DNA of 64,000 bases from Felis catus (Eukaryota). Positions within the stretch are counted from its first letter, which is position 1. The number at the start of each line of letters is the position of its first letter. A program made the translations under genes and the position numbers. The stretch lies in the NCBI RefSeq assembly GCF_018350175.1, contig NC_058368.1:175462001-175526000 (forward strand), read 5' to 3'. Below, in pieces: positions 12,030-25,278 of the stretch. Under the pieces are notes generated by a model, which saw nothing but the letters and a program-made list of their open reading frames with translations, ran no database searches and was not told where the DNA came from.

Positions 12030-14100
12030 GGAGACCTTACAAACACTCTGACTACAGTGCAATAAAACTAGAGTTTACTAACAGAAACAAAACAGAAAAG
12101 TCCTGAAAATTAAAAATTTTTTAAACTTTAACTCCACAGTGAGAAGGGTAATACAAACTGAAATTACAGAATGAAAAAAAAATAGTGACACTGAAAATAC
12201 TACGTATTAGAATCTATGGGATTTATAATAGTGGTTAAAGGAAAATTCATTGCACTAAATATTTTTATCAATAAAAAGAATAAAAATAAATGAATGAAAT
12301 GTCCTGCTGAAAATAAGTATAAAAAGAACACAGTAAACCAAAAGAAAGCACGTTTCATCTTTATTATCTATCTTCATTTTTTAATGAGGAAGAGACCAGA
12401 AAAACAAGATGTCTCATTAATAAATCAAAATCCTGGTTTTTTTTTAATTAACAAAATGGACAAGACACTGGCTAACTTGCTCAAGAAAAAGGGAGAAAGC
12501 ACATACATACAGAAAAAAAAAAAAGACAATTTGGAAATAAACACTGAAACACAAGAAATTTTTTAAAATTTTTTTTAACATTTATTTATTTTTGAGACAG
12601 AGAGAGACAGAGCATGAATGTGGAAGGGTCAGAGAGAGAGAGAGACACACACAGAATCTGAAACAAGCTCCAGGCTCTGAGCTGTCAGCACAGAGCCCAA
12701 TGTGGGGCTCGAACTCATGAACCGTGAGATCATGACCTGAGCCAAAGTTGGACGCTTAACCGACTGAGCCACCCAGGTGCCCCAGGAAATTTTTTAAAAA
12801 TCATAAAATACCACTTGTGGACCTCTATGCAAACAGATTTGGAAACGATGAAATAGATAATTTCCTAGGGAAATACAGATTACCGTTAGACTTAGAAACC
12901 TTGAAGAGAGCAATATCCATACAAGGTATAAAGAAAGTTAAGGAATTATCCCACAAAAAGCACTAGACCCAGATGGTTTCACAGAAGAACTCTACCAAAC
13001 CTTCAAACACCAGGTAGTCCCACTGTTCTATAAATTATTCCAGAGCATAGAAAAGCAGGAAAAGTTTATTTTCATTCCTTTTATGAAGTAAGTATAACTC
13101 TGATACCTAAACCAGATGAAAACATACAAAGAAAGAAAAACCACAGATCCCTATCTGTCACAAATACCAATGCCAAAACCTAAACAAATTCTTAGCAGAG
13201 TCCAACACTACTTTAAGAGAATAACACATCATAACCAAGTAGGCTTTATTTCAGGAATGCAAGGTTGGTTCAATACTAGGAAATCCATTTATATCATATG
13301 CCATACTAATAAATCTAAGGATAAAATATATTTATCTCCATAGATCTGAGAAAGCCTTTGACAAAAATTCAACACCCATTTATGATAAAAACACTGAAAA
13401 AATAAAAGTTGAAGAATACTTTTTAATATTTTAAATATAAATGCCTTGGTCCTCAAGCCAGTACCTTATATAATGGGCAACACTAGAGACATTTCCCCTA
13501 AGGTCAGGAATAAGGCAAGGATACCCCACAATCTCCACTACTATTCAACATTGTACTCGAGGTATTAGCTGATGTATGCAGTATTATGCGTGCAGTCAGA
13601 TAAAAACAGGCGATATTTTGATACATGGCAGGCATAAGAATGGGTAAAAACGAAGTGAAATGATCTCTACTTACAAATAATACCATAGTATACCTGAACA
13701 GTGACAAAACTTATTCTAATAATAAAAGAATGCAGTGAAGTGCTAGGACCTAAAATTAACACACCAACAGGCTAAGTGAAAGAAGACAATCAGGAAAGCT
13801 CATATATTGTATGACACAATTTATACGAGATGTCCAGAAAAAGCAAATCTATGCAGATAGAAAGTTTAGCACTTGCTTAGGGCTGGCGTTACGGGTAGGG
13901 GAGGCCCGTAAAAGGGAACAGTGAGTGTCAATGGATACAGGGTAGGGTGCTAATAGGTACAGGGTTCTTTGGAGGGCAACAGAAATGTTCCAAAATTGAG
14001 TGTGGTGATGGTCATACAACTCTGAAAAGCACTGAATTGTGCACTTTAAATAGGCGAGTTGAATGAACTGTGGATATCTCAATAAACTTTCCAAAAAAAA
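12030..14100 (+). mobile_element. Degenerate ancient L1 (ORF2 RT remnants plus a 3' end with A-tail near 14090-14110)
   Basis: Translated remnants HHNQVGFISGMQGWFNTRKSI and INKMDKTLANL; many stops and frameshifts; boundaries approximate. Confidence 0.85.
12570..12783 (-). mobile_element. Can-SINE inserted in L1
   Basis: SINE consensus; flanked by gaaattttttaaaa-like duplication. Confidence 0.9.
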
Positions 14101-14499
14101 AAAAAAAAAAGCACATGTAGAGGGATGAGCCCTCAAAAGAGGGGCAGGACTTTTCCAGAAGGAACTGCTCTCTATCTTAACTGCGGTGGTGAGTTACTAA
14201 AGAATATAACCTTGTCAACCGCCTCAAAATGTATATAAATCAATCCTAAACAAAAGGTGATTTTTGAAAGATCAAGAAGTTTCCTATATACAAACAACAA
14301 GCATTTAGAGGACTTTACGGAAGAGGAACAGACGAGAAGGCCAAACACCTGGAATAAATTTAAGAGGATATACGCAAAACCTATGGAAACGTTTCAAATG
14401 GAAAACATTCCCGAAGGACACCGAAGCAGATGGAAGAAATGTTTTCAGAGAGGAAGTGACTCAACAGGGTAAAGATGTCAGTTCTGCTCAAGCGAATTT

Positions 14500-15560
14500 G
14501 TAAATTCAGCGAGCGCTAGGAACGCCGACAAGCACCCCGACGCCCCCCTCATTCTGGGGGACGCCGGCGGCTCCCTCCGGTGCCCTTCCCTGTCCGTCGG
14601 GCTGACCTCACATGACCGGCGTGTGCCCCTGGGCGCCCTCTCCGCCGCACGCGTGACGCCGGGCACGCGCGGGACCCGTCTTTCTGCCCCCCGCGCCGGC
14701 AGCCGGACTGACGGGAGGCGGAGCCTGGCCGCCGACGGCCCCAGTGCCCCGCCCCTCACCAAGGCCGCGGGCCACCGCTGGGCGGGAGGGCTGACAGGAC
14801 GCTGACGGAAGGCCGAGGCCCGAGGCGCCCCACCGCCCTGAGACGGCGGCCCAGGGGACGCGGGGACCGACTCCCAGACCGGCCCCCGACGGGCGGCGCG
14901 CCCCGCTCCCGCACGCCCGCCGCCCCCTAGGTGCCACCTGCTCGCGCCGCAGCCCGAGGACCGCTCCGCGCGCTCGACGCCGGCGCCGGTGGGGAGGCCG
15001 CGGGAGCCCGGGGGCCGGGGGCCGGCTCCGCGCCGGCCCGGGCCGCCGCCCGCGGCTCCTCGGGGCTGCAGCCGGCCCCGCGCCCGGTGCTCCCGCGGCC
15101 CCGAGCCCGGCGGCGGCCCAGCTGCAAGACGACGCCGCACCGGTGCGAGCCGAAGCGCGTCACGTAGACGAAGCGCGCCAGGTCCCGCTCCTGCTCCCTG
15201 CCGGCCGCCGCCATCGCCGCCTTGGTCGCGCAACCGCCGTGGAGCTTCCTCAGCGACCCGCGGAGCTCGACGTCCAGTGAGCGGGCAAGTCGGCGGACTG
15301 GGGGCGGGGGGGGGGGGGAAGGGGGCGGGCCACGGGGCGGGGCGGGGGCTGAGGGGCGAGCGCTGGTGCGTGATCGCGGGGCAGGCCGTGGGCAGGGGAT
15401 GTGCGTGAGGAAGGAGGGACGCCCGGTGATCACTCGGGAGACCACCCTTTAGAGGGCGGGGGACCCGGAAGGGTTTCTTTGCGGGGATGGTGGACCACTC
15501 CGCTGGAGAGTGGTGTTGAGGTTTGGGGACCAGATCACTCGGGGGTGGGGAGCAGACCGT
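14500..15560. promoter_or_regulatory. CpG island covering the C5orf47 promoter, exon 1 and start of intron 1
   Basis: Very high GC and CpG density; GC boxes (GGGGCGGGG) at about 15300-15350 upstream of the ATG. Confidence 0.9.
14938..15214 (-). CDS. C5orf47: C5orf47 ortholog coding exon 1 (MAAAGREQERDLARFVYVTRFGSHRCG...AARA)
   Basis: GCGATGG Kozak context; ARFVYVTRFGSH motif recognised from C5orf47; CAG|gtggca phase-1 donor; position downstream of CPEB4 matches known human synteny. Confidence 0.88.
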
Positions 15561-16789
15561 GGGGGCACAGCCCTCTGAAGAAATGAGCTGAACCAAGAAG
15601 AGGATGGGGGAAAGGAAGCGGGCCACCGGGGCTCCCTTTCCCGTGGCTGAGGGTGAGAAAGGTTTCCGAGTGATGAGCTGACCCAGGACTTGACCGATCT
15701 GGAGTGTCAGTCAATGAAGTTGGGGGCCTGGGGGGAGGGGAGGGGAAACGGCACCCCTTACTGCCACAGGGTTCCGGTGAGACCTTGGCATGGCATATGT
15801 TGTGCGGGGCCAAGGGCCTGAGGTAGGCGGCTTACGCATGCCGACTTGAGGCCCATCGTGGTTCTGCTGCTTCCCAGCTGGATTACCTGGAGGCTACTTT
15901 CCTTCCATAAACCTCGTTTCCCCAGATGTAGACTCCGCATGACTGGGTTGTTAAATCAAAATAAGGCATTTTAAGCATCTGGCACATAGAGATAGTTCCC
16001 TTAGACTTAGACTTAACATTTCACATTTATTGAGTACATACCCTATGAAGTGCCCATGGTAATATCTTTACATTTATACTTTACAAATGGTTTTCCCATA
16101 GACCACCCTTTTAAATCCATGCAGCATTTTTTAGCAGAGGAACTGAAGCTCCAAAATGAGTGACTTCCCCCAAAGTAATAGGCAGAGACCTATTTTTCTT
16201 AAAATGAATCTTTTTAATTGAATTATAAATACGTGCAGAAAAGTGCACTGATCATCAGTATCCAGATGGATGAATTTTCACACACTAAATATATCCATGT
16301 CAAAGCCACCCACGTTCAGAAATGGTGCAATGCAGAAGCACCTCATGTCCTCACCCAGGCCCAATCCCTTTCCCTTCTTTCCCAATTCAAACCGCAGCAA
16401 TTAGGTTTGCCCATTGTGTTTGACTTCCTTCACTCAAGTTGTGTTTGTGAGGTACAAGGTATGGCACGAGTTTGTACCTCATTTGACTACACCGCCATTT
16501 ATTCATCGGTTCCACTGTTGGTGAACATTTGGTTGTTTCCAGTTTGAGGCCATTATGAATAGTGCTGCAAGGAACATTAAAATATATCTTTTGTTGAACA
16601 TATATCACAAGGGGTATACTTTATTGCTTAGGGTACTCATAGGTTCAGCTTCAGTAACTACTGACAAACAGGTATTTAAGTGGTTGTACAAATTTTCACT
16701 TCCACCAGCAAAGCATGAGAATTCCAGTTGCTCCACATGTTCATTTTGCATTGTCAGTGTTTTTCATTTTAGTCATTCTGATGGGTATG

Positions 16790-17206
16790 TGTATTAGGGC
16801 TTTCCAGAGAAACAGAACCAATAATGATGTGAGTGTGTATGTGTGTGGAGGGACAGAGAGAGAAAGGTTTTAAGGAATTGGGTTACATAAGAATGTAGGC
16901 TGGCAAATCCAAAATCTTCAGGAATGGCCAGCAGCCTGGAGACCCAGGGAAAAGTTGATGCTTGTAGTTCAGGTCTGAGGACCAACTGCTGGCAGAATTT
17001 TCCCTTCTTCAAGAGAGGTCATTAGTTTTCTATGAAGGCCTTCAACTGTTTGGATGAGATCCATCCACACTATGGAGGATAATCGGCTGTCCTCTAAATG
17101 TTAATTTCGTCAAAAAATACTTTTGCAGAAACATCTATGATAATGTTTGACCAAATATCGGGGTACTGTGGCCTAGCCAACGGGACATATGAACTTAACC
17201 AACACA
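16790..17206. mobile_element. MLT2-type (ERVL) solo LTR
   Basis: tgtattagggctttccagagaaacagaacc...ttaaccaacaca termini; imperfect 5-bp TSD gtatg/gtgtg. Confidence 0.8.
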
Positions 17207-17217
17207 GTGTGATATGC

Positions 17218-17397
17218 TTTCTTGTAATTTGCATTTCCCTGATTACTTAGGACGTTAAGCTCATTGGCTATTTGGATATCATCTTTTGTGTTTAAATCTC
17301 TTGTCTATTTCTTGTAATTTGCATTTCCCTGATTACTTAGGAAGTTAAGCTCGTTGGCTATTTGGATATCATCTTTTGTGTTTAAATCTCTTGTCTG
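17218..17397. repeat. Tandem duplication, 2 x 90 bp
   Basis: Two adjacent copies with 3 mismatches. Confidence 0.95.
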
Positions 17398-19183
17398 TTT
17401 CTATATGGGATTTTCATCTGGTTCTCAGTCGTTAAGAGGACTTTTTAAAAATATGTTCTGTATATTAGTTATTTGTTAGTCATACGTATTGTAATTTTTT
17501 CTCACCTTGTGACTCACCTTTTTATGCTGTCTACAAACTCTTAATAAATAAAAGTTTTTAACTTTAGTCCAATATATCCGTATTTTTCTTTAGAATTATA
17601 CTTTTTGTGTTTGATTTAATAGATCTTTGTCTATCCCGAGAAGTTCTTGGCTATCTTTTAGAAGCTTTATTGTTTACACTTCACATTTAAATATTCAATC
17701 CACCTGGAATTGATTTTTAGGAATAGTATAATATAGAGCTTTAAGAATCATTATTTGTTTATATGGATATCTAGTTCATTTTGGCTAAAACCTCCAGTAT
17801 AAGGTGGATACAAATGATAGTGAACATCCTTGTCTTATTTCTGCCCTCAAGGTAAAGTTTCAATGTTTTATTATTAGGTATAATAATAATTAAGTACTGT
17901 AGTCACTATAAATTTTTTTTTAATCATGGTATTTGTCAGATTAAGGAAGTTCCCTTCTATTTTCAGTTTAGTTTGGTGTTAAATTTTATCCAATACTTTG
18001 ACTATAATCTATTGAGATGGTTATATAATTTTACTCCCTTTGTAAATGTGATGAATTGCATTGATTGAATTATAATGTTAAACCAACCCTCTATTCAGGG
18101 ATAAATCCTACTTGCTTGTGGCATATTATCATTTTATATGAAAAATTTATATCATTTATATTTATTATATATTATATATTGTATATATATTATATATTAT
18201 ATAATAATATGTTATATTATTATATAAATGATTTATTTCCTTTATAAATGAAATGATTTATTTCATTTATATGAAAAATTTTATTTTTCAATGTTTTCTT
18301 TAGACTTTCCACTTCTGTGTTCACGACAGAGAATGACTTAAAACTTCTTTCTTACGTATTTGGTAGAATTCATTGATGAAGACACCGGGGCATGAAGTTT
18401 TCTTTGTAAGAAGATCTTTAGTAGTTATAGAATTATTCAGATTTTCTATTCCTTTTTGGGTCCATTTAGTAAACTGTGTTCTAGGATTTGTTCAGTCTGT
18501 ATTTTAAAGCTTAGTAGCAAAAAATGTTCAAATATTCTTTTATTATCTTCTTAATGTCTCTAGGAGCCTTGCAAGATCCTCCTTTTCATTCCTAATATTG
18601 ATAATTTTTGCACTATTTTTTCTGATTTGGTCTCCACAGTAGACCATCAGTTTTATTAATCTGTTCCAAGAATTAACTTTTGGCTTTGCCAATTCCCTCT
18701 GTGGTCCTTTAATTCTTTCTATAACATCCTGTGATGGATACTTAAATCGTTGATATTAAGCCTTTTTTTTTTTTTTGTAATGCAGGCACATAAAATGATA
18801 CATTTTCCTCTGAGCATAGCTTCAGCTGCATGCCATAAGTTTTGTATTTCATATTTCCGTTATTCCATTCAAAATATTTTAATTGTAGTTTCTTAGACAT
18901 ATGGGTTGCTTATAAGTATATTGTTTCATTTCCAAACATTTGCGAGCTTTTCAGTCTTTTTGTTATTTATTTTTAACTTAGTTCCGTTGTAGTCAGTGAC
19001 TATACTCTGAATGATTTCATTCCTTTGAAATTTTCTGAAACTTGTGTTAGAATGCAGCCTGTGGTCTACTTTTGGGAACTACCTTGTGCAGTTGAAAAGT
19101 ATGTGTATTCTGTAGTTGTTGGGGCTAGTGTTCTATATATGCAAATTCGATCAAATTTATGAAGTGTCTTATCTAGGTTTCTT

Positions 19184-19400
19184 TTTTTTAATATTTATTT
19201 ACTTTAGAGAGAGAGAGTGCACACGGGCACACACACAAGCAGGGGAGGAGCAGGGAGAGAGGGCGACACAGAATCCGAAGCAGGCTCCAGGCTCCGAGCT
19301 GTCAGCACAGAGCCTGACATAGGGCTCGAACCCATAAACTGTGAGATCGTGAGCTGAGCGGAAGTCAGATGTTTAACTGAGTGAGCCACCCAGGAGCCCC
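19184..19400 (-). mobile_element. Can-SINE
   Basis: TSD ttatctaggtttctt at 19169-19183 and 19401-19415. Confidence 0.92.
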
Positions 19401-20173
19401 TTATCTAGGTTTCTTAATGTATCCTTGTTGATTTCTTTTTATCTGTTTTGTACTATCCGTTAAATAAGGTCAGACTGTTCTATAAGTTGCTGACAGAGGT
19501 GTGCTGAAAATCATCCTCTATAGCTCTGAATTTTTTCTTCTCTTTTTGTCAGTATTTGCTTTGTAGGTCTTTAACTGCTGTTAGATGCCTACACATTTAC
19601 AATTGTTATATCTTCTGGTAATTTGACCCTTTGATTTTTATGAAGTGTTAGCTCTAATGATGCTTCTTGGAATATATTCTGGTGGTTATTGTTTCATGGT
19701 ATATCTCCATTATTTTACCCCCAACCTTTTTTCCTTATAATGTCTGTTGTAAACAGCATATAGATTTTTTTTTTTTTTGGTAATTCTACAATGTATTTTA
19801 AACATCATGAGACATTAATATTATTATTGTTTTATACACTCAGTATTCATTTTGACTTACCAAATTTTGATAAATCTACCTTCTTTGTTGTGTTTTCGTT
19901 CATTCCCACATACCTGTTTTTCCAAATGGGATTATTTTCTCTCTACCTGAAGAACAACTTTAACATTTTACGTTAGTGTGGTTGTACTGGTGATGAATTC
20001 ACTTAGTCTTTTTTGTAACTACTTTTAAAGAATGTTTTTGCTGACTATCAAATTCAAGCTCGCCCGCTATTCTTTCAGCACTTTGAAGAAATTCTATTGT
20101 CTTGTCATTGCTGTTTCTTTTGAGAAGTCAACTGTCAGTCAGATTCCTGCCCCTTTAAAAGTGATGCAATTTT

Positions 20174-20396
20174 GGGGCGCCTGGGTGGCGCAGTCGGTTG
20201 AGCGTCCGACTTCAGCCAGGTCACGATCTCGCGGTCCGTGAGTTCGAGCCCCGCGTCGGGCTCTGGGTTGATGGCTCGGAGCCTGGAGCCTGTTTCCGAT
20301 TCTGTGTCTCCCTCTCTCTCTGCCCCTCCCCCGTTCATGCTCTGTCTCTCTCTGTCCCAAAAATAAATAAATGTTGAAAAAAAAAATTAAAAAAAA
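20174..20396 (+). mobile_element. Young-looking Can-SINE (first of a tandem pair)
   Basis: CpG-rich intact head; TSD aaaagtgatgcaatttt. Confidence 0.95.
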
Positions 20397-20415
20397 AAAA
20401 GTGATGCAATTTTTC

Positions 20416-20621
20416 AGGGCGCCTGGGTGGCTCAGTTAAGCAATCCGACTTCGGCTCAGGTCATGATCTCACGGTTCATGAGTTCGAGCCCTGTGTCAGG
20501 CTCTTCGGTGACAGCTCAGAGCCTGGAACCTGCTTCGGATTCTGCGTCTCCCTCTCTCTCTGTCCCTCCCCTGCTTGTGCTCTGTCTCTGTCTCTCAAAA
20601 CTACACATTGAAAAAAAAAAA
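20416..20621 (+). mobile_element. Can-SINE (second of the tandem pair)
   Basis: Same target sequence repeated at 20397-20413 and 20622-20638. Confidence 0.93.
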
Positions 20622-22153
20622 AAAAGTGATGCAATTTTCCCCTCTGCCTGTTTTTCAGATTCTCTTTTTGTCTTTGCTTTTCAGCACTTTTATCACGAAA
20701 TAGTCGACTGAGTGTGGTGTTCTTGTATCTATCCAGCTTGGACTTCATAGTGCTTCTTGAATGTGTGATTTGCTATCATTTGTCCGCTTTGGTAGATTCT
20801 AAGCTATTATTTCTCCAGCTGTTGCTTCTGCTTCATTCTTTCCCTTTTTTTCTGAGACTCCGCTACACATATTAAGTCTTCTTGTACCCTGTTCCGTATA
20901 TTTCTTTTGCTCTTTCCTGTGGTTTCCGTCCTTGTTTCCGTCGTCGCTTCCGTCTGGTTATTTTCTGTAGACCAGTCCACTAGTCCACTTGCCACGAATT
21001 CACTAACCTGCCATCAAGTTCTAAATTTCAGTTACGTTTTTCAGTTCTGGGATGAAATGGAAACTGAGTTTTCTGCCTCTGAATTTCTTCGGAATATTTT
21101 CTAGAACGTATTGATCAGAGTGGTTTCCCATCCCATTAGGACCCGTGCAACCACTTTCTTTCTTTCTTGTTTTTTGGTTACTTGATTTTTGAATCCTGGT
21201 GTTCTGGGGAATTTGTGCATGCCAGATAATGTATAATTAGAACTATAGATTATTTGAGAGTCTGGATAATATTTATCTTTCATTTCTGGCAGGCAGGTAG
21301 GGTAGGGGAGTTTGAATTGATTTATAGCTTCGCTTGAGTCTTTATAAAGGTCGGTGTGTATCTTGTTCAGTCTTGCTCCTTAGAATGTAGTTCCTCAGAT
21401 GTCCCAATGTAAAGCCTGGGGCATTTACTAGGCCCTCCTTGGGTGACCTTGAACGCTAGGCTGCCACTCATAACCTGGGCAGCATCTGGGGAGGGGGGAG
21501 AATTATGGTGGAGAGTCCTCTTGGTGCTTCTCTAGTGTTTGATGGTCTTCTTGGCAGGAGAGACGCTGGACCTGACACAAACTAGTGCCGCCCCCCCCCA
21601 GCCACCACAGGGGTGGGGCAGAGGCAGGGACCAGAGAAGACCGGCTTCCACGCCTCACCAGTATATTCACTCTCACTGGGCCCACCCTGTGCTCCACTGG
21701 CAGTCGGTGGGGATGGCCTCTGACGGGACTACCAGCAGGATGTCAAGAGAGCCAGGTGGGTGGAAGCATTTCCCAAAGCCAGAACCTTCTCAGGGTTCAG
21801 ATCTCATCCCAAAGGACCCTCCTGAGAGTAGCCCCCTGGGGTCCCTCTCTCCAAAGCAGCCTCTGTGCCCAAGTCCCTTCCTCACCCAATGTCTTTCCCG
21901 CGGGCTACGAGGTTCTTTCTAATGGAGTGGCTTACCCCACAAGCCACTTGTCACCTCACAAGCCCTCCAGTTGCTACATGAAAGCAAGGACCCTCACCCT
22001 TTTGTTCCCACAGCCTGTCCCCAGGCATTTAACGCAGTGCCCGAAACACACGTTCCACACTCCCCTGTTGTATTTATGAAGAAATAACGAAATGAGTGGC
22101 TAGACGCATTAGAAAAGGCCAAAAAGAGAAGGAAGTTGCTCAGCTAACTTCGT

Positions 22154-22167
22154 CCACCAGGTGGCAG
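22154..22167 (+). promoter_or_regulatory. CTCF core motif CCACCAGGTGGCAG
   Basis: Full match to the CCASYAGRKGGCRS consensus; motif only, binding not shown. Confidence 0.6.
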
Positions 22168-23949
22168 TCACAGCTCCCATATAAAAGAGGATCGCCCCTT
22201 TCAAGGAGAAACCACTCAGTTTTTATTTTTGCCAAGGAGTTAGTAGCCTGAATTCAAACCACGACTCTTTCCTTTGGCTTTTCGAAAGTAACACTTGGAG
22301 AAGGTGCGTTCCCAACCCATATGTCCCGTGGGGCGAGTGGTCCTGGCCGGGCAGGCTGGGGTAGTGCTGCATAGAAAGACCAGGGGCAATTGGATAAGAA
22401 GGCATCTCAGCCCACAAAAGAGATATTTGCTCCTCCTTCGCCCCTCATCAGACAGCTGCAGGAGCCGAAAGAAAAACCAACGGATGCATATTCCTAGCCA
22501 TGAATTTCATTTGGCCAGTCGCAGGCCTGGGGACATATGGCTCCCCCCCCCCCCAGGAGGCAGCCGCTGACGACTGTCGGATAAGGGCCTTCCCACCTCA
22601 TCTGTGCTGAAGTGCTGTTCCTTCACCCTCCACTGGCTCTGACGAGTACTTCCCGCAGCTTCTGCCTCATTCCTGGGAATGTACAGCGTGGGGGACCTGG
22701 ACCGGTCCTTGCTGCTGAGCCCTAACTTCCAAAGAGCTAACCTCAGGGACTCCTTGAGAAAGAAAGCGGCCCAGGCCAATTCCATGTCAGGGGGTAGGAA
22801 GCAGGGGGGACGGTAGGTTTTTTAACAGGAAGAAATTGTGATATATTTTAAAATGCTTACATTAAACAAATAAAGCTTTCACCCCCAAAATACAACTTAG
22901 AATTATGTGTTTCCCAAGGAATTATAGGGGTTCCTCTTTAAGACTGGATCCTTTATGTGTTACAGGCAGAGGACGAGGTAATGGTACCTGAGTTTAAAGG
23001 CGTGTGACGGTTCAATTCTATTCTCATACCTGTCAGCAGATTTCTGCGGCCTTTGTTTCACCTGAGATAAGGTCTACCCGCTCCCTTTTTTTGGCCCTTT
23101 GTGAATGAGAGAACCACGGGATGGGACGCAGCTCAACACTGAGTAAGTTGGGATTGAATGGATGGGAGGACCCCGCCCTGTGGGGAATGCAGAGAAACTT
23201 CGCTAAACCTGGTGGCAGCGAAATCAAGTATTCCCTCCCTCCCCTGCTGCCTACACCACCAAATCAACACCCATCTCACACATACACATGCACCCGCACA
23301 TGCTTTGGCCCCTGGTTTTTAAGCCCCATCTCTAAGATTAATTAAATTGTCTGTGTCATTCATCTATCTCAGCTTCTTTCCGGAAAACCCCTCCGCATTA
23401 AACTAATGCTTAATCCGAATTAGAGCCCATCCAAGGCATCGAAGCGCCGCTCCTTACTTGCTAAAGCAGGATCTCTCTTGCCCTTTCAAACAAGCAAAGG
23501 ATTTCAATGAGACCTCCCAGGACAGGGAGGGGAACGGGGTAAGAATTTCCCTTTGTAAGCGATATGCTCCTTTTGAAGCTTCTGTGTGTCTAGGTAGGAT
23601 TAGAACTGCCTCGTTTCCTCCTGGTTCCCCGAAGGTTTCGCCTTTGCAGAAGCGTGCCAAGGGAATGGGATTAGTACTGCTTGGTGAATTGTGTTTCCTC
23701 CAAAATTAGCACAGCATGGACCCGAGTCGTTCTCACTCCAACCTCTAGCCCTCCCGTGCCCACCTCTCTCCGTTCTGCCATCGCTCTGGCCCATGCCTCT
23801 GTCATCTACCAACATCCACCGTCCTCACTCACAGACACCCCTGCCATCCCTTCCTAAATTGTTCTTCTGCCCCCACTCTAGCTCCCCTCTAGTCTCCCAC
23901 CATCACCAGAGTAATCCCAACTCAGTTCCCACCCTTGCCCTGCAGCTCC

Positions 23950-24460
23950 TTTTCAGCAGCTCTGCGTCTGATTTAAGACAAAACCCAAAGCCTCTGCCCC
24001 GGCTAACAGAGCCCTGCTTTATCTGGCCCTTTGGCCTCTCTGAGCTCATGCCACGACCTCTTCTTCCCCTTGTTGCTGTGTCCAGCCACACTGCTCTGCC
24101 TTAAGTATGTCAAGCTTGGTCTTGCCTCAGGACTCTTGCATGTGCTGTTCCCTCTGCCCAGAATACCTTTCCCTTATATGTCACCTTGGCTTGTTTTTCT
24201 CCTCATTCAGGTCTCGGCTTAAATCTCGCCTAGAGATGCCTTCTCGAACCTCCCAGTTCAAGTAGCTCCACTTCTCGTCTCCACCAAGTTACCCGGTTTT
24301 ATTTTCCTCGTGACTCTCAGAACATTTTCCTGTTAATATATGTGTTTGTTGATTATCTGATTTCTGCTTCTGAATGTAAATGCCTACAGGACAGAGACTT
24401 CGCCCCCACAATATCCCCAGAGCCCAGAACAGTGCAAACACTTGGATGAATGATTGACTG
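23950..24460 (-). mobile_element. L2 3' relic
   Basis: gctgttccctctgcccagaatacc...cagagcccagaacagtg...ttggatgaatga pattern; boundaries and strand approximate. Confidence 0.6.
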
Positions 24461-25073
24461 ACCAAGGAAACCCCTCAATATAATTCTCCTTTGCAGATTT
24501 CCACCTTTGGCTAATAGAGGGCAAGTTCAAAATTCAGATGAGTGGTTCTGTGCATAATAATGCCTTATCTTTGTAAGGCACTGTCTCCTGAGAATCTCCC
24601 GGCAGCTCCCCATGTTGGGAACAGGCATCGCATCTTGCCAGGGCTCAGAAGTTGAAATGACTCACCCAGACCTCTCTCTCTTACACACACAGGTGAGGTC
24701 TCAAATCCAGGTCTTTGTTTACAGGACGTAAATGCCAAGAGGACAGAGACTTTGCCTGTCTCGTCCCCACAGTATCCTCAGGATACGTAATATCCTCAGC
24801 AGGTATTTGCTGGAGAAATGAGGGATACATGAATGAGCAAACTCGAGTAGAAGTCTCTCTGTGAGACGGAGGCACAGTCTAAAACAAAGCCGATTCTGAC
24901 CTTTCACCCCATCTGGCTGCTCTGCTCTCCATATCCAGAGGACGCCCCTCCCCTCTTGGCCCCTGGATCCTGGGTCTGAGAAGCTTCCAGCTCAGGAGGT
25001 GTGCGCACCACCCCTCCCAGCCACTATGCTCGCCCTGTCCTTGGGACCCCAAGGTTTAAAAATTCAAGGCTTG

Positions 25074-25231
25074 GGGGCGCCTGGGTAACTAAGTCGGTTA
25101 GGCGTCTGACTTCAGCGCAGGTCATGATCACACAGTTTGTGAGTTCGAGCCCCGCACGGGGCTCTCTGCTGTCAGGGCGGAGCCCGCTTGGGATCCTCTG
25201 TCCTCTCTCTGCCCCTCCCCTCCCCCACTGG

Positions 25232-25278
<47 letters not shown>

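Larger units (their letters stand above)
16210..21400 (-). mobile_element. Fragmented ancient L1 interrupted by younger elements
   Basis: T-rich antisense L1 signatures (tttgcatttccctgat, gaacatccttgtcttattt, aggaagttcccttctatt, tggtagaattca); boundaries approximate. Confidence 0.7.

Noticed and set aside
13116..13343. Reverse-transcriptase-like ORF
   Set aside because: Fragment of a decayed L1 ORF2 surrounded by stops and frameshifts.
15215..15445. N-terminal extension of C5orf47 suggested by the ORF track
   Set aside because: Starts at a non-ATG codon and runs through promoter GC boxes; the ATG at 15214 has good Kozak context and matches the recalled ortholog start.
14478..15626. 382-aa minus-strand ORF and other overlapping ORFs in the CpG island
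   Set aside because: Low-complexity Pro/Arg/Gly/Ala products expected from stop-poor GC-rich DNA; only the frame starting at ATG 15214 splices into recognisable C5orf47 exons.
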